Assembly (NCBI GenBank): GCA_963713615.1
Contig: CAVQMM010000001.1
Span: 3,360,001 to 3,424,000, forward strand
Reading direction: 5' to 3'
From: an uncultured Chlamydiae bacterium
Lineage (GTDB): Bacteria; Chlamydiota; Chlamydiia; Chlamydiales; JAJFMA01
DNA: 64,000 bases
The notes beneath the pieces are model-generated. The model was not told where the DNA came from and did not search any database. It saw nothing but the letters and a program-made list of their open reading frames with translations. Below are positions 1 through 9,150 of the stretch, one piece after another; position 1 is the stretch's first letter, and every line of letters starts with the position of its first letter. The translations under genes and the position numbers were made by a program.

Positions 1-440
1 ATTTCATGAATTTTATCCAACTCGTATTTATCTTTCCCTGTAAGCTCGCCCTTTGGTGTCTCTGTTGGGAAAAATTGCTGGTCAAGCTTTGAATAGATGC
101 GATCTAGGATCTGGTCCCGGTGTTCTGTTACGTTACCCCTGTGCAACTTGCTATCCACTAATCGTAGAAGAGTACCTGTCTTCTTGTAGCTCTGCTCCAT
201 GCCTTTCTTCAGGGAAATCAGGGCATCAGCCTGCTTTCTATCTGTACCCTGAATTTTGTCGACGTGTTGCCCTACAGTACTTACCACTTTGCTGATGCTT
301 CCTCCAGAAAGCCAACTGACCAGCTTGCCCAATAGTCCCTTCTGCTCAGGAACCTTTTCTAATCTATCGTCTTTTACAACCCAAGTTTCATTGGTATTCA
401 AATGATAACTACTGAGATTCCCACCGACGTGATTATCCAT
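1..440 (-). CDS. Hypothetical protein, 5' part only (runs off window start)
   Basis: Manually translated open frame from ATG at 440 (MDNHVGGNLSSYHLNTNETWVVKDDRLEKVPEQKGLLGKLVSWLSGG...) with no stop to base 1; AT-rich region upstream. Confidence 0.7.
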   Translation of the reverse strand, partial: MDNHVGGNLSSYHLNTNETWVVKDDRLEKVPEQKGLLGKLVSWLSGGSISKVVSTVGQHVDKIQGTDRKQADALISLKKGMEQSYKKTGTLLRLVDSKLHRGNVTEHRDQILDRIYSKLDQQFFPTETPKGELTGKDKYELDKIHE

Positions 441-558
441 AGACCTACCATCTTATGTAAATTTCATTAAGTAACTTAATAAAATTATAACACCGGTTAA
501 ATTTTAATTAACAATAATAGATGGGAAAATGACAAGATAGTGAAAGAGAACTTTATGA

Positions 559-1434
559 CTATGAGTGTTCAGTTTGGGGTGGGGGTGGTGAGATCTGAGG
601 TTTTTCGAAGCGGCGTCGCTCACCTCGGAAGACACCTTTTTCGGTATGCTGTAGGTAGGTAGATGTGGCATGCATGATTTTGACGCCCTTTTCGACATGG
701 TCAGCGGTAAATTCCCTGAAGATTTGCTCAGAGAATTTTTTTGTTTTGACTCCGTCGGGATTCAAGGGTAGATCCGAGATCAACAAGAGTGCACCCACGG
801 GCAATTTGTGATGATAGCCAGCCATAAAAAGGGTAGCACACTCCATTTCAATAGCCTGAGCGCGGTTAGCTTTTAGGCGAGTGATAAAATCCTCGTTGAA
901 TTCCCAGAAACGTTTGTTAGTGGTGTGGGTGATACCAATGTGATAGTGAGCTTTGGCCTCATCGAGCACATTCGTTACCATCTTTTGTACGACGAAGTTG
1001 GCCATTGCGGGGACTTCTGGGCTAAAGTAAAAGTCCGAGGTGCCTTCGCCTCGAATGCTGGCTATGGGTACGAAATAATCGCCAACTTGATAACCCCGCC
1101 TGAGTGCCCCGCACATGCCCAACACACAGGTGGCTTTGATGGGAAGAAAGGCGCAGAGGTCAATAACCAGTGCCGCTGCTGGAGAGCCGATCTTAAAGTC
1201 GAGAATGCTAACATCTTCTTCAGCGCAGTGGGCTACCTTGAACATAGATCCTTCATGCACCGGAACTTTTCGCGTATCCGCAAAGTAGTGAACGTACTGA
1301 GGAAAATTTGTCAAAAGGACGTAGGATTGAAAATCGCGGTAATCCGATCCACTGTATCTCTCCAATGTGTCTTGGGCGATTTTTTCCTGATAGCGCCGCC
1401 TTTGTTCGTTGGCATCTGCTTTAGCTTCATCCAC
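559..1434 (-). CDS. amn: AMP nucleosidase (short form, PNP/UDP family)
   Basis: LLTNF, FKIGSPAAAL, LGMCG, RGEGTS, IEMECATLF and LLISDLP motifs; near efp as in chlamydiae. Confidence 0.92.
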   Translation of the reverse strand: MDEAKADANEQRRRYQEKIAQDTLERYSGSDYRDFQSYVLLTNFPQYVHYFADTRKVPVHEGSMFKVAHCAEEDVSILDFKIGSPAAALVIDLCAFLPIKATCVLGMCGALRRGYQVGDYFVPIASIRGEGTSDFYFSPEVPAMANFVVQKMVTNVLDEAKAHYHIGITHTTNKRFWEFNEDFITRLKANRAQAIEMECATLFMAGYHHKLPVGALLLISDLPLNPDGVKTKKFSEQIFREFTADHVEKGVKIMHATSTYLQHTEKGVFRGERRRFEKPQISPPPPQTEHS

Positions 1435-1460
1435 AGTGTGCTCTCCAAATAAGCGGTCTA

Positions 1461-1673
1461 TTAGTCAAAAAAGGGTCCGAAGGTGGGCCGCACTCGTTTC
1501 GTCACCGTAAAGTGTCTGTCGCAGCGCGGACAAACTAGATCTTTCTGGTATTTTCCCAGGCGATTTTGGTACTCCTCACGGCTTTCCTGAATTGCGCCAC
1601 AGAAGGGACATCGGTGATAGTGAACCGAAAGATCCCAGGTATGGGACCCCTTCTTACGAATGTTCATTGTCAT
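1461..1673 (-). CDS. Small zinc-ribbon-like protein
   Basis: Two CxxC pairs (CPFC, CPRC); tightly packed upstream of amn. Confidence 0.65.
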   Translation of the reverse strand: MTMNIRKKGSHTWDLSVHYHRCPFCGAIQESREEYQNRLGKYQKDLVCPRCDRHFTVTKRVRPTFGPFFD

Positions 1674-1872
1674 GGTCTACTTTCTCCGATCCAAAGACAT
1701 AGGAGAGCAGGGTAGAAAGCATGCCTTTACGACGCTTGGGAGGGATGTGAATTTGGTTCCCCCAGCCCATACGGTCATGCATTTCACAACCAGTGATCCC
1801 TTTGCCTGATTCGACCTTATTATGAATAAGTGTTGAATCGATAGGATAATCTTTGAATTCGCGAAACCACAT
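1654..1872 (-). CDS. Small hypothetical protein
   Basis: ATG at 1872 preceded by AGAGGTGA RBS; overlaps the next ORF. Confidence 0.55.
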   Translation of the reverse strand: MWFREFKDYPIDSTLIHNKVESGKGITGCEMHDRMGWGNQIHIPPKRRKGMLSTLLSYVFGSEKVDHDNEHS

Positions 1873-2181
1873 AGCTATCACCTCTAATCCCACCATATCG
1901 GCCGACAGTAAAATAGTGAAAGAAAATTTGGTAACCGTTCACGTGGTACAAGAATCCGAGCCCTTGTGCGCGCCCATATGCTTTAAGCTAAGAGAAGTAG
2001 GAATTTTCACCACCGAGACGCATAGAAGCTCGTGGGGCTTTTTAGGATTTTTACCGCCGAGACGCCGAGACACCGAGATAGGAAAGAGAGGAGAGAGGAA
2101 GAGGAAAGAATGTTCAGTTACTACGTAAGCGTCAATTGAAGCCACCTTTTTCGTAATTCCGCGAGGTTCTAAGTTTTCTCC

Positions 2182-2763
2182 ATGACCCTAACCATGGAGA
2201 TACTAATGGATTTCAAAAGGAAGCGTTCTGATTGGGCTCGACGCATAGACCAATGGATGGCGAGCGGTCAGAGTGGCCGCAGGTGGTGCCTAGAGAACAA
2301 TATAAGCTACCAGCAGCTCTTGTACTGGTACCAACGCTTTAAAGTTAGCCCGCCCGACCACATTTCCTCGACGGGTTGGATAGACATTACCCTGCCCGAG
2401 CTCAAGCTTTCGCTTGATCAGAAGAGCGTCTATCTAACCCTAAAGTCTGCGAGCAAAACTCTGAGGTCGTCATATCAGAAAAACAAGGGTGTTTTTCTCT
2501 ATCAAGAGCCGATCGATATGCGAAAGGGATTTGAGTGCTTGAGCAATCTTGTTGACAGTTCGTTCTCGGGCGAATTTACCTGCGGGGCCTACTTCGTTTT
2601 TTTAAATCGTCGTAGAAATCTAGTGAAGGTCTTTTACTGGGATGGTAATGGTCATGCCGTCTGGTACAAGCGACTTGAAAAAGGAAGTTTTCGCAATGGA
2701 AGCATTCCAGATTCCGCTATCGATCGTCGAGAATTTCTAATGTTGTTGGAGAGTAGTCATTGA
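2182..2763 (+). CDS. IS66 accessory protein: TnpA-like N-terminus in frame with IS66 TnpB-like C-terminus
   Basis: N-term W..SGQSGRRWC..NISYQQLLYW (TnpA HTH-like); C-term PIDMRKGF, FVFLNRRRNLVKVFYWDGNG, YKRLEKGSF (IS66 TnpB). Confidence 0.85.
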   Translation: MTLTMEILMDFKRKRSDWARRIDQWMASGQSGRRWCLENNISYQQLLYWYQRFKVSPPDHISSTGWIDITLPELKLSLDQKSVYLTLKSASKTLRSSYQKNKGVFLYQEPIDMRKGFECLSNLVDSSFSGEFTCGAYFVFLNRRRNLVKVFYWDGNGHAVWYKRLEKGSFRNGSIPDSAIDRREFLMLLESSH

Positions 2764-2845
2764 GCCTAAAATCCTAAAAACAATGTGCATTTTATTAGAT
2801 AAAATACTTGATAATAGAGGGGGTCTGTGATATGATTTAGAGCAT

Positions 2846-4390
2846 ATGGAAACCTCAACACTATCACTAGAACAGCTTCAATCGGAAATTTATTCCCTGC
2901 GAAATGAGAATAGCTTTCTCAAGGAGCAGCTTGAATGGTTTAGGCGTCAGATTTTTGGGAAACGTTCGGAAAAAGTAGTCGACGATGGCGGTCAACAACT
3001 CTACCTGGAAGGTTTCGAAAATCTTGGTTCCGAAGAGCAAAAAGAGACAATAAATGTGCCTGCTCATCGACGGGTTAAGCAGGGGCGCAATGGCAAAGAT
3101 AAAATTACGCTTCCAGACAATATTCCCGTTCAACGCTGTATTTTAGATTTGCCAGAGGATCAAAAAGTTTGCCCTACAACGGGTGAAGCCCTCGTCAAAA
3201 TTGGCGAAGAAGTCACTCACAAAATAGCGCATACGCCAGGTAGCTACTACGTCAAGGAGCTAGTACGTCCCAAGTATGCATGTAGAGCACATAGTGAAGA
3301 GGGCGTTTTTATCGCAGATTTACCAGATAGCATTTTTCCTCGCTGTCAAGCCGATGAAAGTCTTTTAGCCAGTGTGATCGTGAAAAAATTCGCCGATCAC
3401 CTTCCTTTATTTCGTCAATCGGAAATCTTAGCTCGCGAGGGCATTCTCATCAGCCGACAAATACTTTGCAAGTGGGTAATGCGCTGTGGATATGCCTTAA
3501 AGGCGCTATATGAAGAAATGATTGCTCGCGTGCTCAGCAGCAACAATGTTTTTGTGGACGAATCTCCTGTGGACATGCTTGTCCCTGGTAAGGGAAAGGT
3601 GCACCAGGCTTTTATGTGGGTGATCGTTGGAGGGCAGGAAAAAAATCCGCCTTATCGAGTCTATCATTTTCGCACGGACCGCTGCCACAAGCATGCTGTG
3701 GAAATACTAGCTGGATATAAAGGTGTTGTCCATTCGGATAAATATGGAGCCTATGAAGCACTGGCTAATAAGAAGCAATTCACTTGGTGTCCATGCTGGA
3801 GTCACATTCGGCGCAAGTTTTTCGACGCTGTAGGTGGCGATAAAAAATTTGTTAGCTGGGTACTGCGCAAGATAAAATATCTATTTATGTTAGAGAGAGT
3901 TGCTTGGGAACGTTCTCCAGAGGAACGTCTGCGGATAAGACAAGAGAAAGAAGCTCCAATAATAGATGAGCTGACTGCACGCATCAAGGACCGGCTGGTT
4001 AATGGCAAGGCTCTTCCCAAATCGAATCTAAGGGAGGCTCTAGGCTATTATTGCAGCTTAATTCCCCATCTGAAAAACTACACCCAACATGCATTTGCGC
4101 GTCTCGACAACAATGTAGCGGAGCGAGCGATACGCCCTCTAGCTATTGGCCGCAAGAACTGGATGTTTATTGGAAGCGAGGAGGGTGGGGAAGCTTCCGC
4201 CGTACTGCTAAGCCTGGTACAGACCTGCCGCGCGATAGGAGTCAACCCCCACGAATACCTAGAGGATGTGATGAGGCGCCTGCCAGCCCATAATTCTCAA
4301 AAACTTCACGAGCTTCTGCCCGACGCTTGGGCTGCCGCCAGGCGACAAGCAAAGGCCTCATCCACCTCATCAGCCCCCACTGCCGAATAA
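2846..4390 (+). CDS. tnpC: IS66 DDE transposase TnpC
   Basis: RQIFGKRSEK, zinc finger, KFADHLPLFRQ, VDES, SDKYGAY, CWSHIRRKF, LDNNVAERAIRPLAIGRKNWMF. Confidence 0.97.
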   Translation: METSTLSLEQLQSEIYSLRNENSFLKEQLEWFRRQIFGKRSEKVVDDGGQQLYLEGFENLGSEEQKETINVPAHRRVKQGRNGKDKITLPDNIPVQRCILDLPEDQKVCPTTGEALVKIGEEVTHKIAHTPGSYYVKELVRPKYACRAHSEEGVFIADLPDSIFPRCQADESLLASVIVKKFADHLPLFRQSEILAREGILISRQILCKWVMRCGYALKALYEEMIARVLSSNNVFVDESPVDMLVPGKGKVHQAFMWVIVGGQEKNPPYRVYHFRTDRCHKHAVEILAGYKGVVHSDKYGAYEALANKKQFTWCPCWSHIRRKFFDAVGGDKKFVSWVLRKIKYLFMLERVAWERSPEERLRIRQEKEAPIIDELTARIKDRLVNGKALPKSNLREALGYYCSLIPHLKNYTQHAFARLDNNVAERAIRPLAIGRKNWMFIGSEEGGEASAVLLSLVQTCRAIGVNPHEYLEDVMRRLPAHNSQKLHELLPDAWAAARRQAKASSTSSAPTAE

Positions 4391-4833
4391 ATCGCCAGAT
4401 GGCCTCAATTGACGCTTACGTTACTACCGACTTCTGGACAAAGTCCAGTCTAAGGGTTCCCGCAGGAATACGATTCTGTAGTACCCTTAGACAGGACTTT
4501 GTCCAGAAGTGGTAGTGACTGAACGGATCCTCAAAAAAGTTAGATTGATTACCTGTGCCGTTTGTGTGTCCTTGGGCAGAATTTTGCCCAAGGACACACA
4601 AACGGCACATTCTCTCCTAATCCTCTCTTTCCTATCTCGGCGCCTCGGCGGTAAAAATCCTAAAAAGCCCCACGAGCTTCTATGCGTCTCGGTGGTGAAA
4701 ATTCCTACTTCTTCTAGCTTAACGCATATGGGCATGCACACGGCCTCGGAGTCCCAGGAAAAAGTGGACGAATTCGCTGAGCACATGATAAGCTGAATGT
4801 ATTGATTTACAATTACACTAGGATCACAACTAT

Positions 4834-5403
4834 ATGGCTCAAATTACTACAACGGATCTACGACCTGGCATGAAAGTAGAGGTCGAAGGGCAACCCTATA
4901 ATACTGTCTCTAACGAATTTGTTAAGCCTGGTAAGGGTCAAGCCTTCAACCGTATTAAACTCAAACATCTCACATCCGGACGTGTCCTTGAGCGCACGTT
5001 TAAGTCTGGCGAAAAGTTGGACATCGCCGATATCGAAGAGACAAAACGCCGCATGCTTTATCGCGAACCCGATGGAGTCGTCTTTATGGACGACGAAAGT
5101 TTCGAGCAAATCAAGCTGCCGAACGAAAACATCGGTGATATGGATCAATGGCTGCTGGAAGATCAGGTCTATGATATCGTTTTTTATAAAGGCGCGGCGA
5201 TCACAGTGGAGCCGCCGACCTTTATGGAACTACGCATCACGCAATGTGATCCTGGCGTACGTGGTGATACCGCATCGGGTCGTGTGATGAAGCCTGCAGT
5301 TCTCGAGACAGGTGCTAAAGTGCAGATTCCCATATTTGTGGATCAGGACGAAGTCATTAAAGTCGATACTCGTACTGGCGAGTATGTCTCACGTGTTCAA
5401 TAA
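4834..5403 (+). CDS. efp: Elongation factor P
   Basis: VKPGKGQAF, PGVRGDTA, KPAVLETG, IKVDTRTGEYVSR. Confidence 0.98.
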   Translation: MAQITTTDLRPGMKVEVEGQPYNTVSNEFVKPGKGQAFNRIKLKHLTSGRVLERTFKSGEKLDIADIEETKRRMLYREPDGVVFMDDESFEQIKLPNENIGDMDQWLLEDQVYDIVFYKGAAITVEPPTFMELRITQCDPGVRGDTASGRVMKPAVLETGAKVQIPIFVDQDEVIKVDTRTGEYVSRVQ

Positions 5404-5405
5404 CC

Positions 5406-6347
5406 GTGAGTACCGAAAATCAACGGCTTCTGCATCTGCGTGATCGCGCTCATATGTTGAGTCAGGCACGCGTTTTTTTTGCAACACGCGAGGTTCTCGA
5501 GGTCGACTGCCCGATCTTGAGCCGTGGCGCCGCTATCGATGTCAATATCGACCTTATCTCCGCTTTCTACACGGGTGACGAACGTTGCTACCTTCATAGC
5601 TCTCCAGAATATGGTATGAAACGGCTGCTCGCAGAGGGTATTGGGGATATTTTCCAACTTTCGCACGTCTTTCGCGATGGGGAATTGGGCAGTCGCCATA
5701 ATCCGGAATTCATGATGGCTGAATGGTACCGCCTAGGCATCTCCTTCGAGGAGATGATTACCGAAACGCTCGATTTTATTAGGCTGTTTTTAGGTAACCT
5801 TCCCAGCACAACAATCAGCTATCGGGAAGCCCTCCAGCGCTATGCTAATATCGATTATGTAACAGCTTCTGATGAGTCTTTACGTGCATATCTACGTCTA
5901 CGAGGAACTGACGCCAGTGATGAAGAGCGCGATAGCCTTCTAAACTATATCCTCGGTATTGATGTTGAGCCGCATCTGGGGGCCGACGGACTTTGTGCCT
6001 TGGCTTATTATCCCTCAACACAGGCTGCACTAGCTAGAACGCAACCAAGGGGAGATGAGAAGGTTGCAGAGCGCTTTGAAGTCTATTATAAGGGTGTTGA
6101 ATTGGCCAACGGCTATCATGAACTGTCGGATGGTAAAGAGCAACGCAGACGCTTCGAGGCAGATAATATCCAGAGAAAATCCATGGGCAAGCGTGCGCTA
6201 CCCATCGATGAGGCTTTCTTGGACGCTCTGGAGACAGGATTACCCGATTGCTGTGGGGTTGCTGTGGGGTTTGATCGCCTGATGATGTTGCGTCTGAAAG
6301 CAGCTTCTCTTAGCGAAGTGATTCCCTTCGCATGGCAGGTCAAGTAA
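5406..6347 (+). CDS. epmA: EF-P lysine aminoacylase EpmA (GenX)
   Basis: YLHSSPEYGMKRLLA, RHNPEFMMAEWYR, ELANGYHEL, GLPDCCGVAVGFDRL; adjacent to efp. Confidence 0.95.
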   Translation: MSTENQRLLHLRDRAHMLSQARVFFATREVLEVDCPILSRGAAIDVNIDLISAFYTGDERCYLHSSPEYGMKRLLAEGIGDIFQLSHVFRDGELGSRHNPEFMMAEWYRLGISFEEMITETLDFIRLFLGNLPSTTISYREALQRYANIDYVTASDESLRAYLRLRGTDASDEERDSLLNYILGIDVEPHLGADGLCALAYYPSTQAALARTQPRGDEKVAERFEVYYKGVELANGYHELSDGKEQRRRFEADNIQRKSMGKRALPIDEAFLDALETGLPDCCGVAVGFDRLMMLRLKAASLSEVIPFAWQVK

Positions 6348-6556
6348 GTTTTGTTTTCACCATTTTATTCGCCACAGTAAAGCATTTCACAATTATAGTT
6401 CGTTTTAAATAATGCATTTTGTTGATTTTATTTCAATAAAAATATGCATAAACATCTTTGTGTGCTTTCTATTTAATTACATTTATTGTATAATATGTAA
6501 TGTAATTAAGAAATATTCATTCACTATAACCTTTATATAACTTATGGAAGTTTATT

Positions 6557-7924
6557 ATGGAGGCAGTGCCTGAGCAAGCATTTCATGGGGTGGATTCCAC
6601 GGCCCTGGTTGGCATCATTCATTCAGGGGATATCCAGCTTGATCCAGAAGGGATCAAGGGTTTGACATATGGATTGAAGGTCTTACGAGCCGCTGCTGGC
6701 TTGGCGAATATGTCAGAGGCTTATGAAAGCGTCAAAGCCATGGTGTTAGCAGTTCGCTGTGTAAGTCTTCTTTCTGTTAATCCCAACCAGCTTCTCAATA
6801 AAATTGGCAGCTCTTTTACGGATAGCTCTTCCTCAATTTCAGATTTCATCATCAACTGCAAAAAACTTACCGATGTTCTTGTAAAGCCTCCAAAAATGAT
6901 TCTTGCCTTGGCAAAATATGGCATGGTTTCTCCATCAGTTACGACGTTTCTCACGCCAGGCCTAATGTCAAGGCTAGCGCTTACGTCAATACGTGCTAAA
7001 CAGGCCTGTGGCATTGTCGCTGTCATTTCGCTGTGGGATCACTTGAAAGCTCCTAAGCTGGATAAACTGGGTATAGCGACTTCTTTCTCTCTGGTGGTCT
7101 TAGCGGTAGCGGCGTCCTTCGGCTGGACGGAATGGCGCCTTGGTGCCGAAATTGTCAGCAATTTATTGGGTCTTATTTCAGTATGGAACAATAAGATCGG
7201 TGAATCAGTTATGGTCATAGCTCCGGAGAAATCGGATGCGACAAAAGCCATGGAGAACGCTTTCCATACCGCCCATGAAGAAATCAAAGCTCTCCTCACG
7301 GATCAATTCGCGACCATGCTCGCACGGGTCTCAACTTATCCCGACGAGCAAATTAGTCATCTGTTAAAGGGCGATTTGATCCAGCAGCAAGCTCTATTTG
7401 AAAGCTATCTTTCCGATGCAATAAATGAATACGCACTGCAGGAATTGCTCAATACTTACCAAGATACATTCCTGCCAGATATCATCCAGCAGGGCCTATT
7501 AGATGCATCAGCTCTGACAGAAGTGCAGGAGCTGCATGTGAAGGGTCAATCGAGCCTTGCCCATGTCGATGAGCGTGAAAACATGGCTTATAAAGTTCTA
7601 GAGGGTCATCTGCAGTTTTTGCGACAACATGCAGCAACAATCCAAGACTGGTGCAACAGGGCATCATCCCAAGAGCTAAGCAGTGAAAAAGGTCAATTTG
7701 CTGTCGCAGTTTTAAGTTCCTTGAAGGATATTCAACAGGCAGTGACCACCCTTTCTGATGAGCTTTGGTTGCCAAAAGGTTCTCATTCTATGGAGTCGCA
7801 TCCTATTGAGCAGATGTCCATTGCCAAACGTGAGGGACTCTTAGAGTATATTGATCGCATCGCCGGAACTGATGCGCGGGGATTTATTGCCGAGAATGTA
7901 TTTCATGTCTTGCAAGATGAGTAG
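6557..7924 (+). CDS. Hypothetical membrane-associated protein
   Basis: 455-aa ORF after AT-rich promoter region; hydrophobic segments at about aa 150-210 followed by a helical region. Confidence 0.75.
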   Translation: MEAVPEQAFHGVDSTALVGIIHSGDIQLDPEGIKGLTYGLKVLRAAAGLANMSEAYESVKAMVLAVRCVSLLSVNPNQLLNKIGSSFTDSSSSISDFIINCKKLTDVLVKPPKMILALAKYGMVSPSVTTFLTPGLMSRLALTSIRAKQACGIVAVISLWDHLKAPKLDKLGIATSFSLVVLAVAASFGWTEWRLGAEIVSNLLGLISVWNNKIGESVMVIAPEKSDATKAMENAFHTAHEEIKALLTDQFATMLARVSTYPDEQISHLLKGDLIQQQALFESYLSDAINEYALQELLNTYQDTFLPDIIQQGLLDASALTEVQELHVKGQSSLAHVDERENMAYKVLEGHLQFLRQHAATIQDWCNRASSQELSSEKGQFAVAVLSSLKDIQQAVTTLSDELWLPKGSHSMESHPIEQMSIAKREGLLEYIDRIAGTDARGFIAENVFHVLQDE

Positions 7925-7925
7925 A

Positions 7926-8200
7926 GCGAGGCGTTCGTGGGGCTTTTTAGGATTTTCACCGCCGAGGCGCAGAGACACCTCACATAGCAGATAGGAGAGA
8001 GAGGATGCGGAATGAATGTCCAGTTACTGCTGGCGCTGTACAAAATCCAGTCTAAGGGTTTCCATATGAATACGATCCTGTCGAGCCCTTAGACAGAATT
8101 TTACCCAAGGCCCCACAAACGGCACATTCTCTCCGAATCTTCTCTCTCCTATCTTGGTGTGTCTCCGCACCTCGGCGGTAAAAATTCCTAAAGTCCTCAT
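7926..8200. repeat. Palindromic repeat family A, copy 2
   Basis: CGTGGGGCTTTTTAGGATTTT(T/C)ACCGCCGAGGCGC...GATAGGAGAGAGAGG arm and its inverse; inner part similar to 4440-4610. Confidence 0.88.
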
Positions 8201-8897
8201 GAGGTAATTGCAGAAGTTCGATTCTCCGAAGTCAATTTCCTGAAAATCGGATGCCGGTGAAGAGAGAGTCATTCCCTTCCCAGGCCCGAAGGGTCGATAT
8301 TGCAACAGGCCATGGCATCGCCACATAGGCCTCAACCTAAGCCTAACAATCGTATCTCGGCGCGCAGCGCTTTGGAGTGCGGTCGCTTGCGACCGCTTTG
8401 GGTTCCTTGCGACGGTCGTGTGCAACGGCATCACTATAATTCCCTAAGGGTAAAATAGTTAGTACATGCAGCCTTCGACGAATCCATACAATGCCGTTTA
8501 GCATTGCCGTCCCAAGGAACGAAAAGCGGTCGCAAGCGACCGCACTCCAAAGCGCTGCGCGCCGAGATACGATTGTGAAGTCCTAAGTCATTGAGATATA
8601 AGCTCAAAAGACCTGTTAGGTTGAGGCCTATGTGGCATCGCCATGGTATATGCGGCCTTATTCACCTTTGCGGTCAGTTTTCGGTCGACTGCAAAAGGAT
8701 CGTCTGTCGCGTTTTGCTCCTCGGACATAGCTGGCGCTATGCCCTCGTCACAAACCACGACATCCGACCTTTTTCGTCCGACCGAAATTCTGACCGTAAA
8801 GGTGAACAAGGCCCAGAATCGCCTTCTCGCAAAAAAAAGGTAACCTTTTTTCCTAAGAATCGATCCTTAAGGGCTCAAATAATTTTGCAATTACCTC
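8201..8897. mobile_element. Non-coding MITE-like composite element with terminal inverted repeats GAGGTAATTGCA
   Basis: GAGGTAATTGCA at 8201 and TGCAATTACCTC ending at 8897; both ends recur at 31516-31635 and 31650-31728; no transposase and no clear TSD. Confidence 0.6.
8320..8636. repeat. Family B REP-doublet core (GGAGTGCGGTCGCTTGCGACCGC), copy 1, bounded by 21-bp inverted repeats
   Basis: 317 bp, one mismatch versus 31199-31515; ends are GCCACATAGGCCTCAACCTAA and TTAGGTTGAGGCCTATGTGGC. Confidence 0.93.
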
Positions 8898-9077
8898 TCA
8901 GGGTCCTTTCCCGGGTAACGAAAAAATCCGTTCAATTGTTTACAAAAACATCATTTTCTATTATTAAATAATTCAGTCCACGCAATTATTGAATTAAAAT
9001 TAAAATAAAATTATGCTATAATGGATGTAGGAAGAATACCAACTCACATTAATCAAGAGATAGACGACGCGTTGCAT

Positions 9078-9093
9078 TGGCACTTTGTTCGCA
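9078..9093 (+). promoter_or_regulatory. Putative sigma54 -24/-12 promoter
   Basis: TGGCAC-TTTGT-TCGCA, ~58 bp upstream of ATG 9151. Confidence 0.6.
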
Positions 9094-9150
9094 TAGCTGA
9101 TTGGTAAGCGTCAAATGGAAAAACAAGTTTTGTGAGTGAAGGAGTCGATT

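Larger units (their letters stand above)
2125..4419 (+). mobile_element. IS66-family insertion sequence, 2295 bp
   Basis: Terminal inverted repeats GTAAGCGTCAATTGA(A/G)GCCA; 8-bp target duplication GTTACTAC at 2117-2124 and 4420-4427; tnpA/tnpB/tnpC content. Confidence 0.96.
1955..4750. repeat. Palindromic repeat family A, copy 1 (~490 bp without the IS), interrupted by IS66
   Basis: ~1955-2113 is the imperfect reverse complement of ~4607-4750; two inner hairpins (~2112-2124 plus 4428-4524, and 4554-4609). Confidence 0.9.

Noticed and set aside
2182..2763. TnpB as an RNA-guided IS200/IS605 nuclease
   Set aside because: Motifs are those of the unrelated IS66 TnpB (Orf2); no RuvC or zinc finger
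4834..6347. efp-epmA without epmB as a novel EF-P modification
   Set aside because: epmB may simply lie elsewhere in the genome; this cannot be judged from the window
8024..8971. ORFs 8024-8434, 8588-8809, 8591-8971 and similar ones (1853-2145, 4416-4796, 20541-20984, 30942-31585, 39288-39987, 49916-50311)
   Set aside because: They lie in or across palindromic repeats and show no family motifs; most likely chance frames
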